DNA of 27,280 nt from Breznakia sp. PF5-3 (GCF_029504745.1 NZ_JAQFIQ010000031.1:1-27280); one strand, 5' to 3'. Counted from the first letter of the stretch, positions 15,770 to 23,624 are shown. Notes: generated by a model from the sequence alone, not told the origin. Numbers and translations are program-made.

Positions 15770-17634
15770 ATCGAGTAGAAGAAAATAAGCACTCAATTTG
15801 AGTATTTTGTTTCTCCTCTCACACCACCGTACATACGGTTCCGTATACGGCGGTTCAATTAAACTTTAAGTTATGTCTTTGCTCATAATAATCGAAACAA
15901 CTAACTAGTCCTTTTTGCGCTAGTTTTTGTTTTGATATTGCACGTACCACACATGTTTTAAGCACTATAAATTGATAACGTCGCCCCATGTATGATGTTT
16001 GTCTTGCTAAGTCTTTATGGATTCCTAACTTTTGAAGTCCCCATTGTCGTTTTTGTGGTGTTTTCCATTGTTTCCATATTATGACACGAATTCGTGTTCG
16101 TAAATGGGAATCAATTTCTCTGATTACTGCCTTCATGCTACTTATAGCGAAGTAGTTAATCCACCCTCTTGTGACTTGGTTAATCTTCTTGATTCGTTCC
16201 TTTAGAGATATGCTCCACTTTCGACTAGTGAGTGTTTTAAGTTTTGCTTTAAACTTTACCACTGATTCTTCATGTGGTTTACATCTCCATGTGCCATCTT
16301 TGCGATTCTTGTAGAATCCAAACCCTAAGAACTTTGTTTTGGTTGGTTTGTTGACTTTTGTTTTTGTCATGTTTACCGTTAACCTCAGTTTCTTTTCAAT
16401 CCATTTTGTGATGCTGTGCATGACTCTTTTTGCACTCGCTTCACTTCCCACTAAGATAACTACATCATCTGCGTATCTTGCAAATCGTAGTCCTCTTGTT
16501 TCCAGTTCTTTATCTAATTTGTTAAGCATAATGTTACTGAGTAGTGGCGACAAGTTTCCACCTTGTGGTGTCCCAATGTTTGTACTTTTATATTTCCCTT
16601 CACTCATTACTCCGGATTTTAAGTATCGTGTAATCAATGATTCCACATCTCCATCTTGTACGATGTCATGTGTATAACTCATTAATTTATCCTGTGATAC
16701 TCTATCGAAGAATTTCTCTAGATCAATGTCTACCATCCACTCATATCCATCATTTAGATAATCAAGGACTTTAAGAATTGCCATCTCACAACTTCTTTTT
16801 GGTCGGAATCCATAACTGGCTTCTGAGAAGTATGGTTCGGCAATTGGACTAATTACTTGTACGATTGCTTGTTGGATAACTCTGTCCATTACTGTGGGTA
16901 TCCCTAATTGGCGTACTCCTCCGTTTGGCTTTGGTATCTCAACTCTTCGTACTGGTAATGGTTTGTATTTCCTTTCACGAATCTCTTGCGCGATTCTATT
17001 CCAGTTTTCTTTGATGTAATCTTTTAGTTCCTCTAACGTTACTCCATCTACTCCACTTGCACCTTTATTGGCATATATTTTTTTGTATGCAAGGTTCATA
17101 TTGTTCCTGTCTAGAATCTTCTCTAATAATACTGACATACTTTGTGTTTCGCTCCTTTCCGCTTCCAAATATTTCATCTTATGTCTTGCTAGCGTTTGTG
17201 TGTATACGTTACACATCCGCTTAGTTGTCAGAGATATATTTGGAACATACATTTGTTTACACTGTTTAATTGTTCATCCCTTCAGTAATCTTTCTATTAC
17301 CTACTATGGAATCGGCTGACTTCTCACTATTCGTTGTTACTACGATTTTTTTTCCATCGTTAGTGAGACCTCACAGGGTAAGTCATACATCTTTCCTCGT
17401 TTACTCGCTAGATTTACGCATTGAGTTTACGATTGCCTTTCGGACTTTGTTGCTTTGAGCCAACTTATCCACCCAATACGCCTTATATCTAATTCCTGTT
17501 CGTCGAGCCACGAATTTGCTATTGCTTCCTCTCGCCCACACCTCACGATGTAAACCTTGCAAGTCGCTATCAGGTTCGTTGGCAATTGCGCCCTTTGGGA
17601 CTTTCACCCTAGATGTATGACATGCCTGTCACAC
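15770..17634 (-). mobile_element. Complete group II intron, class C-like (about 1.86 kb)
   Basis: The 5' end GTGTGACAGG begins 2 nt after a terminator T-run. The domain V hairpin is at about 15823-15855, with CGC at the triad position and a 2-nt bulge. Domain VI has a bulged A 7 nt from a ...CTACTCGAT 3' end. The intron encodes an RT/maturase. Boundaries are accurate to about 6 nt. Confidence 0.7.
15855..17177 (-). CDS. Group II intron reverse transcriptase/maturase (no endonuclease domain seen)
   Basis: LLEKILDRNNMNLAYKKIYANKGASGVDG, RT motif 5 RYADDVVIL, and maturase region RGWINYF. The protein ends without an HNH or Cys motif. The start is uncertain (ATG at 17177 or 17138; the track start is 17252). 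Confidence 0.9.
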   Translation of the reverse strand: MKYLEAERSETQSMSVLLEKILDRNNMNLAYKKIYANKGASGVDGVTLEELKDYIKENWNRIAQEIRERKYKPLPVRRVEIPKPNGGVRQLGIPTVMDRVIQQAIVQVISPIAEPYFSEASYGFRPKRSCEMAILKVLDYLNDGYEWMVDIDLEKFFDRVSQDKLMSYTHDIVQDGDVESLITRYLKSGVMSEGKYKSTNIGTPQGGNLSPLLSNIMLNKLDKELETRGLRFARYADDVVILVGSEASAKRVMHSITKWIEKKLRLTVNMTKTKVNKPTKTKFLGFGFYKNRKDGTWRCKPHEESVVKFKAKLKTLTSRKWSISLKERIKKINQVTRGWINYFAISSMKAVIREIDSHLRTRIRVIIWKQWKTPQKRQWGLQKLGIHKDLARQTSYMGRRYQFIVLKTCVVRAISKQKLAQKGLVSCFDYYEQRHNLKFN

Positions 17635-17635
17635 T

Positions 17636-17660
17636 CAAAAAAAGCGATGTTTACATCGCT
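17636..17660 (-). terminator. Rho-independent terminator of the Ig-like protein gene, the likely intron target
   Basis: Minus strand AGCGATG-TAAA-CATCGCT followed by T7, 13 nt after the TAA stop. The intron 5' end follows immediately. Confidence 0.7.
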
Positions 17661-17672
17661 TTTTACATCGCT

Positions 17673-18680
17673 TTAATACCAATTCGCTGTAATACCACAT
17701 TGTGGATCTAACCAAATTGTAAATCTTTGCCAAGGCCAATCTGGAATCAACAACTGTTCTGCTACATACTCATTTAGTTCATCCATACTTTTAAACCATT
17801 CATTACTATTTCCGACCAAGCCAGAACAATAATCCCCTCCAGAACTTCCTCCTGTGGATCCTCCAGATTGGCTACCTCCGCCTGTCTGTCCTCCATTCTG
17901 GTTATCGTTTGCTCCAGACGCACCACTACTGCTGGTGCCATTGTCCCATGTCATAGTTGATCCATCATCATTTTGTTGGCTATTCTCAGTGTTTTTTTGT
18001 TCTTCTTTCGCTTTTTTTTCTTCTTGTTTTCTCTCGGCCTCCGTCTTTGATTTTACTAAGACTGTAAACTCTTTCGTTGTCTTATTCTTATGTACATCTG
18101 TAGCAGTTACTTTCGCTTTGTATTCTCCTGCTTTTGAAAAATCCACGTTCTTTACATCTACAGTTATGGCTACTTCACTTAAATCCTTTGCCTGAAACTG
18201 CTTTGACAAATCACCACTATATGCACGATCGACTTCTATTTTATCTTTAAAATCAATAAACTCAGGTCTTTTCGTATCTTTTACAATAATTTTAAAATCT
18301 AATGTTTCATCTTCATATTTTGCTTTAGCTGCATACTTGCCTACTGGCAAGCCAATTAAATATAAGCTCTTGTCATCTTTATCACTAATTTTTGTGGTAA
18401 CCTCATGATCCTCAAGCTTAACATTCTTAGTATCTACAGTAATCTCCGTTTTATCAAGAACTTCTTTATCTGCTTTTACATAATTCTTTGCTGGTAATTC
18501 AAGTGTTTCTCCATACTCTACAGTAAATTCATTTTTCTTCATTTCAATGCTTGGCTCATTTGATTGTGTCGTCATTACGACCCCTACTACTATGAGTGCA
18601 ATTACGATCACTGTACTCACACCTGTGATTATTTTTTGTTTTGTATTTAAATTTCTAATTTTCTCCATAATATGCTTCAT
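17673..18680 (-). CDS. Membrane-anchored surface protein with two Ig-like domains and a G/S/N-rich linker
   Basis: AAAGGGAG sits 7 nt before the ATG at 18680. The N-terminal anchor is IITGVSTVIVIALIVVGVVM. The pattern GEYKAKVTATDVHKNKTTKEFTVLV is Ig-like. A KQEEKKAKEEQK stretch and a GGSxGG linker precede a Cys/Trp-containing C-terminal domain. Confidence 0.55.
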   Translation of the reverse strand: MKHIMEKIRNLNTKQKIITGVSTVIVIALIVVGVVMTTQSNEPSIEMKKNEFTVEYGETLELPAKNYVKADKEVLDKTEITVDTKNVKLEDHEVTTKISDKDDKSLYLIGLPVGKYAAKAKYEDETLDFKIIVKDTKRPEFIDFKDKIEVDRAYSGDLSKQFQAKDLSEVAITVDVKNVDFSKAGEYKAKVTATDVHKNKTTKEFTVLVKSKTEAERKQEEKKAKEEQKNTENSQQNDDGSTMTWDNGTSSSGASGANDNQNGGQTGGGSQSGGSTGGSSGGDYCSGLVGNSNEWFKSMDELNEYVAEQLLIPDWPWQRFTIWLDPQCGITANWY

Positions 18681-18706
18681 TTGATAGCTCCCTTTCATTT
18701 TCACTA

Positions 18707-18731
18707 TAATGTGCCAGTTACTAGCACATTA
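18707..18731. repeat. Palindrome family copy 5 (TAATGTGCCAGTTACTAGCACATTA)
   Basis: One transition in the right arm. The centre (18719) is 39 bp upstream of the ATG at 18680. Confidence 0.8.
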
Positions 18732-18797
18732 CCTTATAAATGTTTGTTTCAAATACACTTATTTCATTATACATATTTTAACACATTTTTCTCCTAC

Positions 18798-18830
18798 TTT
18801 TTTCCGGTCTTTTTCCGGTTTTTTTCCGGT
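18798..18830. repeat. Three tandem 11-bp repeats (T5-6CCGGT)
   Basis: CCGG occurs at 18804, 18815 and 18826, exactly 11 bp apart, each preceded by a T5-6 tract (A-tracts on the minus strand). The array lies between the ArpU-like gene and palindrome copy 5. Confidence 0.8.
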
Positions 18831-18848
18831 AGCAATCATCTATAATAG

Positions 18849-19250
18849 TTATTTAAGATTTAATACAACTGCTATTCTAAAATAAGCATCATTTAGAACC
18901 TCATAAGTTGGCGATTTTGACTTACCTATCATATTACTAATTTGATTTATATTTTTCATCATTATATGTTTTAAGAATAAAATTTCTGATTCACATGGAT
19001 CGAGTCTTTCCATTGCCAACAATACCTCTTCAATTTCTGCATATCGCTCATCTTTTTTTTCTATCTCATATAATATCTTTTTTGAATGACTAACGCTTGA
19101 CCCCCCCGCTACTGATATTCCTCCATAAGATATGCCTGGAACACTTATTCCAACACACAGTAAACGATACAAATCACTAAAGTGATTCATTCTTTGTTTT
19201 GCCTTTTTTATTATTTCTTTCCGATCTAAGCTTTCAATATAACTACTCAT
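18849..19250 (-). CDS. ArpU / sigma-70 region-4-like transcriptional regulator
   Basis: AGGAGG sits 9 nt before the ATG at 19250. A central Gly/Ser-rich stretch (GISYGGISVAGGSSVSHS) and a C-terminal HTH-like segment (ESEILFLKHIMMKNINQISNMIGKSKSPTYEVLNDAYFRIA) resemble ArpU / Tn916 Orf7-type factors. Confidence 0.5.
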   Translation of the reverse strand: MSSYIESLDRKEIIKKAKQRMNHFSDLYRLLCVGISVPGISYGGISVAGGSSVSHSKKILYEIEKKDERYAEIEEVLLAMERLDPCESEILFLKHIMMKNINQISNMIGKSKSPTYEVLNDAYFRIAVVLNLK

Positions 19251-19320
19251 ATGCTTATCCCTCCTTTGCATTTTTGCGTTTTCAGTATATTATTCACAAT
19301 AACATGTATCATCAATGCAA

Positions 19321-20385
19321 TTAAACCTTTTTCTCAGTCATTAACGTACTTGCTATGCTTTCTAATTCATCAGCTAATGTACGATATTGTTCAATCAGCA
19401 ATTGAGCTTGTTGTATAGATTTAGGACTGTATTTGCTCCATGCTATAAGATATTCATTCACGTCACTCATAGCTTCTATCATGGCATTTACAACTCCTTC
19501 TACTCCAGCTTTCATACCCATTTGAAATTCCATTTTGGATACTATCTGATCCATATCAATCATTAACTCTTCTTTGAAATCATCTTCTCTTTCATATTCT
19601 TCAATTTGTACAACATCTCTATCTTTATCTTCTTGTGAATTAGCTGCATGTGATATTTTAGGCACCTCATGTAGTGTCTCTGATGCTTCGCGCAGTGATT
19701 CTTTATACTCTTTTATTGTTTTCAAGGATAAGTCATCATGATCTTCAATGAACATCAATTGCTCTTCATCATTCAAAGATGATAACTCTACTGCTGCCCC
19801 AATCGTTAGTTCGCCATCTTCAATTTTTTCTCTTACTTCCGGAATTGCATTGTTGATAATCTTTTCATAATTCCCAACTTGTGATGAACTTAATCCAACC
19901 TCTTTGGCAATAAGCTCTCTTATTCTTCCAGGCACTTTCCCACCTTCAGCTTTTTCCTGTTCATAGATTTCTTTTAACTCTGCTATTGCTTCAATCATCT
20001 CCGCATTTGTAAGTGGATCTGTTTCAATGTTATTTAGTAACAATCTTTTTCTTGCTTGACGAGTTGTTGCTTCTACTACTTTACATGGAATATACTCAAA
20101 TTTTTTATATCCATCTCCAATCAACTTTTTTATTGCATTGAATCTCCGATGTCCAGCAATAAGCTCATATTTATAAATTGTGTTGTCTGGTACCTCTCGC
20201 ACAACCAAATTGTGTTCTAATCCATCTTCTAAAATATCTTCTGCTAATTCATCAATATTACGCAAAGTTCGATTTTTTACTGATTCTGTAATATCTTCAT
20301 AATGAATGTTTTGAATTCCATGATTTATTGATTTTGCTTGCTTTTGTAAATCCTTTGCGAAACCTTCTAATACACTAATTCCCAT
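19321..20385 (-). CDS. parB: ParB-family partition / DNA-binding protein
   Basis: ParB N-terminal box LIAGHRRFNAIKKL and HTH segment IRELIAKEVGLSSSQVGNYEKI. GGAGG sits 9 nt before the ATG at 20385, directly after the parA stop. Confidence 0.85.
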   Translation of the reverse strand: MGISVLEGFAKDLQKQAKSINHGIQNIHYEDITESVKNRTLRNIDELAEDILEDGLEHNLVVREVPDNTIYKYELIAGHRRFNAIKKLIGDGYKKFEYIPCKVVEATTRQARKRLLLNNIETDPLTNAEMIEAIAELKEIYEQEKAEGGKVPGRIRELIAKEVGLSSSQVGNYEKIINNAIPEVREKIEDGELTIGAAVELSSLNDEEQLMFIEDHDDLSLKTIKEYKESLREASETLHEVPKISHAANSQEDKDRDVVQIEEYEREDDFKEELMIDMDQIVSKMEFQMGMKAGVEGVVNAMIEAMSDVNEYLIAWSKYSPKSIQQAQLLIEQYRTLADELESIASTLMTEKKV

Positions 20386-20386
20386 C

Positions 20387-21127
20387 TTATAGCACCTCCT
20401 GCAGTTCTTTTGATAGTTGTTTATAGTCTTTTGCAACATTTGAACGATAATATCGCTTAGAAAGTGGTTGACACCTTGCTCTCGCTCTTTTCACAGCATA
20501 TCTATGGTAACGTATACAAGTATGAAAACTATGTTCTTGTAATGCTGCATAAAGTGAATCTAAATCATTATGCGTGGATTTTAAATCATTTACTTGAGTA
20601 TATAGTATCTTATACTTTACCCCTTCGCATAATGTCTGTATTTCATGAATTGTTGTAGACATTCCATCTAATGAATCTATATCCACTTGAGTTGGAATAA
20701 TTATCAAATCTGTCGACAGTAGAATCTCAGCAGTAAGTTTATTAAAATATGGAGATGTATCCATTACAATATAGTCATATGTATTTGATTGCTTTATTTC
20801 ATCCAATTGCTGATTTAATATGCCACTTTTAATTTCTAATGAAGCTAGCATTGTATCCCCAGCAATCATATCCAATCCATTTGTAGTTCTTGTTGTACAT
20901 CTCTTTATACTTTCTTTTAGTAACATATTAACAACCGTTTTTTTATGATGTTTCTTTCTACACAAACCTTTTGTGCTGTTGCATTGAGGATCCAAATCGA
21001 CAATTAATACATGTTTTCCATCTTTTGTTAATTCATATGCCAAATTTTTTGCTGTTGTTGTTTTTCCTACTCCACCTTTTCTATTGACAATCGCAATTAT
21101 CCGGGTTTTTCTTTTTTCGTGTTTCAT
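20387..21127 (-). CDS. parA: ParA/Soj-family partition ATPase
   Basis: Deviant Walker A NRKGGVGKTTTA, followed by VLIVDLDPQCN. GGAGGA lies upstream of the ATG at 21127. Confidence 0.9.
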   Translation of the reverse strand: MKHEKRKTRIIAIVNRKGGVGKTTTAKNLAYELTKDGKHVLIVDLDPQCNSTKGLCRKKHHKKTVVNMLLKESIKRCTTRTTNGLDMIAGDTMLASLEIKSGILNQQLDEIKQSNTYDYIVMDTSPYFNKLTAEILLSTDLIIIPTQVDIDSLDGMSTTIHEIQTLCEGVKYKILYTQVNDLKSTHNDLDSLYAALQEHSFHTCIRYHRYAVKRARARCQPLSKRYYRSNVAKDYKQLSKELQEVL

Positions 21128-21271
21128 ATGTCCTCCATTTTCCTTAAAAACAATTGATGACTCATTCATAGAAGCCAATACAAGATACAATTAAGAAATA
21201 CACAGAAAAGGTCATCATATTTCTAGGAGGGCAAAAGTTCTTGTACTGGATTCTATGAACGAATCTTATGC

Positions 21272-21294
21272 TTTGTACCAGCAAGCGGTACATT
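21272..21294. repeat. Possible degenerate seventh palindrome copy (TTTGTACCAGCAAGCGGTACATT)
   Basis: The outer arms TGTACC/GGTACA keep dyad symmetry through a paired G>A / C>T change relative to TGTGCC/GGCACA. The inner part is not conserved. It lies about 150 bp upstream of parA. Confidence 0.35.
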
Positions 21295-21326
21295 TATATT
21301 TGTTCATTTTGTTATACTAGTTATCA

Positions 21327-21545
21327 TTACTTCCATTTTTTCAAGCCATTTGTAATCTTATTACATATATCTATTGCTTCGTTAATTCTTTGTAGCATTT
21401 CCCCCTTTACTATTTTCAAATTTTCAGATTCTATAGTTTTCACTTTTTGATATTCTGATCTGTTCTTTTCTAGTTGCTTGCAATACTGTTCAATTGCATA
21501 TGCCATCACAAGTATTTCTTTTTCATCCACTTCAATTTGAATCAT
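21327..21545 (-). CDS. Hypothetical 72-aa helical protein
   Basis: ATGA overlap with the upstream ORF. No family recognised. Confidence 0.5.
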   Translation of the reverse strand: MIQIEVDEKEILVMAYAIEQYCKQLEKNRSEYQKVKTIESENLKIVKGEMLQRINEAIDICNKITNGLKKWK

Positions 21546-21787
21546 TTCTTAACTCCTTTTCTATTGTCAATTTTCGTTGTTCCTATTAACTCTAAAATAT
21601 ATGTTGCATTTTTCACATTTCTACTTTTAATGGATTCGTCATAGTTTGTAATTAAAATTACTTCAAAACCTTCTTTCACTAAATAATCAATAATTCTTTG
21701 CTTCCCATATTGATGAACTACTTTATAATCAACCACGCAATTTCCAAACTGTTTTAAATTTCGATATACATAAGGCTGTAACTTCAT
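21542..21787 (-). CDS. Hypothetical 81-aa protein
   Basis: GGAGGA lies before the ATG at 21787. No family recognised. Confidence 0.55.
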   Translation of the reverse strand: MKLQPYVYRNLKQFGNCVVDYKVVHQYGKQRIIDYLVKEGFEVILITNYDESIKSRNVKNATYILELIGTTKIDNRKGVKK

Positions 21788-21817
21788 ATCATATCCTCCA
21801 TTTTCTTTCTTTATTTC

Positions 21818-21840
21818 CGTGTGTCAGTGACTGGCACATT
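21818..21840. repeat. Palindrome family copy 6 (CGTGTGTCAGTGACTGGCACATT)
   Basis: The right arm is perfect; the left arm has TGTGTC in place of TGTGCC. The centre (21829) is 42 bp upstream of the ATG at 21787 and 21 bp after the methyltransferase stop. Confidence 0.75.
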
Positions 21841-21860
21841 TTTTATTTGAATTATTTACT

Positions 21861-22772
21861 TTACAATTCTTCACTTATTCTATGCTTGGCAATTTCTATA
21901 TTTTTTTTTACCAACTCAAATCCAATAAAGTTACGATTGTTCTTTACTGCCGCTTTTGCAACTGTACCACTTCCTATAAATGGATCTAAAACAATATCCT
22001 CTTCATCACTGCCACATAAAATCATCCTTTGTGCCAACTGTTCTGGAAATGTTGCATAGTGCGCAATTGACAACGGCTGTTGATTAATTTCCCATACAGT
22101 TCGTACATTCCTCGTATATTCATTACCTTTTGTTCTCATTGATAAGCGATTTCCACTCTGTAATGACTGACATCCTTTACTTCCTCTTGGACTGCTCTTA
22201 TCTTTTGTTTTTGCTTTTTCTTTCAATTGATGAAACTTATACTTCTTGCCCTTAGAGAACATAAATACATATTCGTGTTCTATCGTAAATCTATCTTTTA
22301 CTGATGCGGGCATTACATTGTTCTTTTTCCATATAATCTCATTTCGACAAATCCATCCTCGATCAATCATAGCAATCATAAATCTTTGTGGAATACCTAC
22401 AAGACTTTTACTTTTAATAGTGTCCTGCATGCTCTGATAGCACTTTCCAGATCCTTTATTTAAGAACTGTTTCTCTCCTTTTTTTGATACATAAGATTTT
22501 CCATTATTAGAGCCGTAATACGTATCTGCCAAATTCACAAATAGTAATCCATCATCTTTAAGTACTTTTTTACATTTTTCAAATAACCCTAATAGTTTAT
22601 CAAGATACTCATGAAAACTCTCTTCTTGACCCAACTGATCGTCATGTCCATAATCCCGTAATTTCCAATATGGCGGGCTTGTAATGATCAACTGAATACT
22701 TTTATCATCTAACATATCAATTAAGCTAAATGCACTTCCTTGATTAATTTGATTCATCTTTAGCATAATCAA
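21861..22772 (-). CDS. Orphan DNA methyltransferase, N4/N6 (beta-class order)
   Basis: Catalytic motif IV ITSPPYW is near the N-terminus and the AdoMet motif I LDPFIGSGTVAKAA is near the C-terminus. No cognate restriction gene is seen. The start is uncertain. Confidence 0.8.
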   Translation of the reverse strand: MIMLKMNQINQGSAFSLIDMLDDKSIQLIITSPPYWKLRDYGHDDQLGQEESFHEYLDKLLGLFEKCKKVLKDDGLLFVNLADTYYGSNNGKSYVSKKGEKQFLNKGSGKCYQSMQDTIKSKSLVGIPQRFMIAMIDRGWICRNEIIWKKNNVMPASVKDRFTIEHEYVFMFSKGKKYKFHQLKEKAKTKDKSSPRGSKGCQSLQSGNRLSMRTKGNEYTRNVRTVWEINQQPLSIAHYATFPEQLAQRMILCGSDEEDIVLDPFIGSGTVAKAAVKNNRNFIGFELVKKNIEIAKHRISEEL

Positions 22773-23091
22773 TACCTTTTACTATTTCTTCAATTAGATA
22801 AGCAGTTTTGATATATGAAGCGACATCTTGTTTACCTGTATACATTTCTAATTTGAAATATTGATTATCGCTTGTATATATCAATTCATTTTTAGAGTTA
22901 ATAAACCACTCTTCAACAATGATCGTTCCTTTGATTTCATGATGAAGCAGCAAAGGCTTATCAATAGTCCAAAATTCATTCACTGCTTTTCCATTTACAT
23001 AATTACGTAAATAATTCGATCTTTTAACTGGATTTTCTATTTCTTTGAAATCTTCAATTGTTTTCAGCTCTTTTAATATTACATTTATCAC
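22744..23091 (-). CDS. Hypothetical 115-aa protein
   Basis: The GTG start overlaps the nuclease stop (GTGA), and its own end overlaps the methyltransferase start. No family recognised. Confidence 0.5.
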   Translation of the reverse strand: MINVILKELKTIEDFKEIENPVKRSNYLRNYVNGKAVNEFWTIDKPLLLHHEIKGTIIVEEWFINSKNELIYTSDNQYFKLEMYTGKQDVASYIKTAYLIEEIVKGIDYAKDESN

Positions 23092-23624
23092 TTTGCATCA
23101 CTCCAAATCCCTAACTTTTGTTCTTTTGCATGATTTTCTAAACCATATAGTTCATCTGTGTATTTATAATTTCCATAAATATACTCGACTTTTGCATATC
23201 CTTTCGAAATCAATTCTCTTTGCAATAAAATTCCATCAACCCATATCCAAGCTAGCACACGTCCATATTTATCTGTCCTGTTTTCTATTTCATACTCTAA
23301 TTCAATTTCCTTTGCATTCATTAGCTGATTGCATGTGTACACACTCGCTTCTTTTCCATAGAGTTCAGCACCTTTTTGTGGATGTTTTGTTTCAGGAGTA
23401 TCAATTGCTAAGAAACGTACTTTTTGTTCCTCACCATCAATCATAAAATTTGCCGTATCTCCATCTACACAATCTACCAATTCTATTCCTTCTTGTTTTG
23501 ATGTCGTTTGCATTTGCTGATTGAAATAATCATTTGCATAATATCCTACCAAAACAATCAAAACCAATAAATATGATTTCTTTCCAATCTTCTTTAACAT
23601 CTTGTTCATTCTTCTTTTACTCAT
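23088..23624 (-). CDS. Secreted or membrane-anchored thermonuclease (staphylococcal nuclease fold)
   Basis: VDGDTANF...KVRFLAIDTPETKHP...YGKEAS...DKYGRVLAWIW match SNase signatures. The N-terminal anchor is SYLLVLIVLVGYY. GGAGG sits 6 nt before the ATG. Confidence 0.85.
   Translation of the reverse strand: MSKRRMNKMLKKIGKKSYLLVLIVLVGYYANDYFNQQMQTTSKQEGIELVDCVDGDTANFMIDGEEQKVRFLAIDTPETKHPQKGAELYGKEASVYTCNQLMNAKEIELEYEIENRTDKYGRVLAWIWVDGILLQRELISKGYAKVEYIYGNYKYTDELYGLENHAKEQKLGIWSDAK

Noticed and set aside
15637-15792. The N-terminal extension of the adhesin track ORF (MLIFFYSIERSTY...).
   Set aside because: The extension runs through a terminator hairpin and into the intron 3' end. A GGAGG plus ATG and a classic signal peptide begin at 15636.
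17401-17607. A 68-aa minus-strand ORF.
   Set aside because: It lies in the 5' ribozyme part (domains I-III) of the group II intron, upstream of the RT ORF. It has no SD and is most likely structured RNA, not coding sequence.
103-21840. The repeated palindromes might be a CRISPR array or a MITE (miniature inverted-repeat transposable element).
   Set aside because: The copies are kilobases apart rather than in a regularly spaced array. They have no flanking target-site duplications or shared internal sequence. No cas or transposase genes are present.
1152-23446. Many plus-strand track ORFs lie antisense to the minus-strand genes, for example 1652-2020, 4083-4520, 7025-7391, 8654-9040, 11679-12083, 16339-16677, 17854-18195 and 23045-23446.
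   Set aside because: They lie fully inside well-supported minus-strand genes, have no SD sequences, and translate to low-complexity L/F/I/S-rich strings. That is what antisense reading of AT-rich coding DNA is expected to produce.
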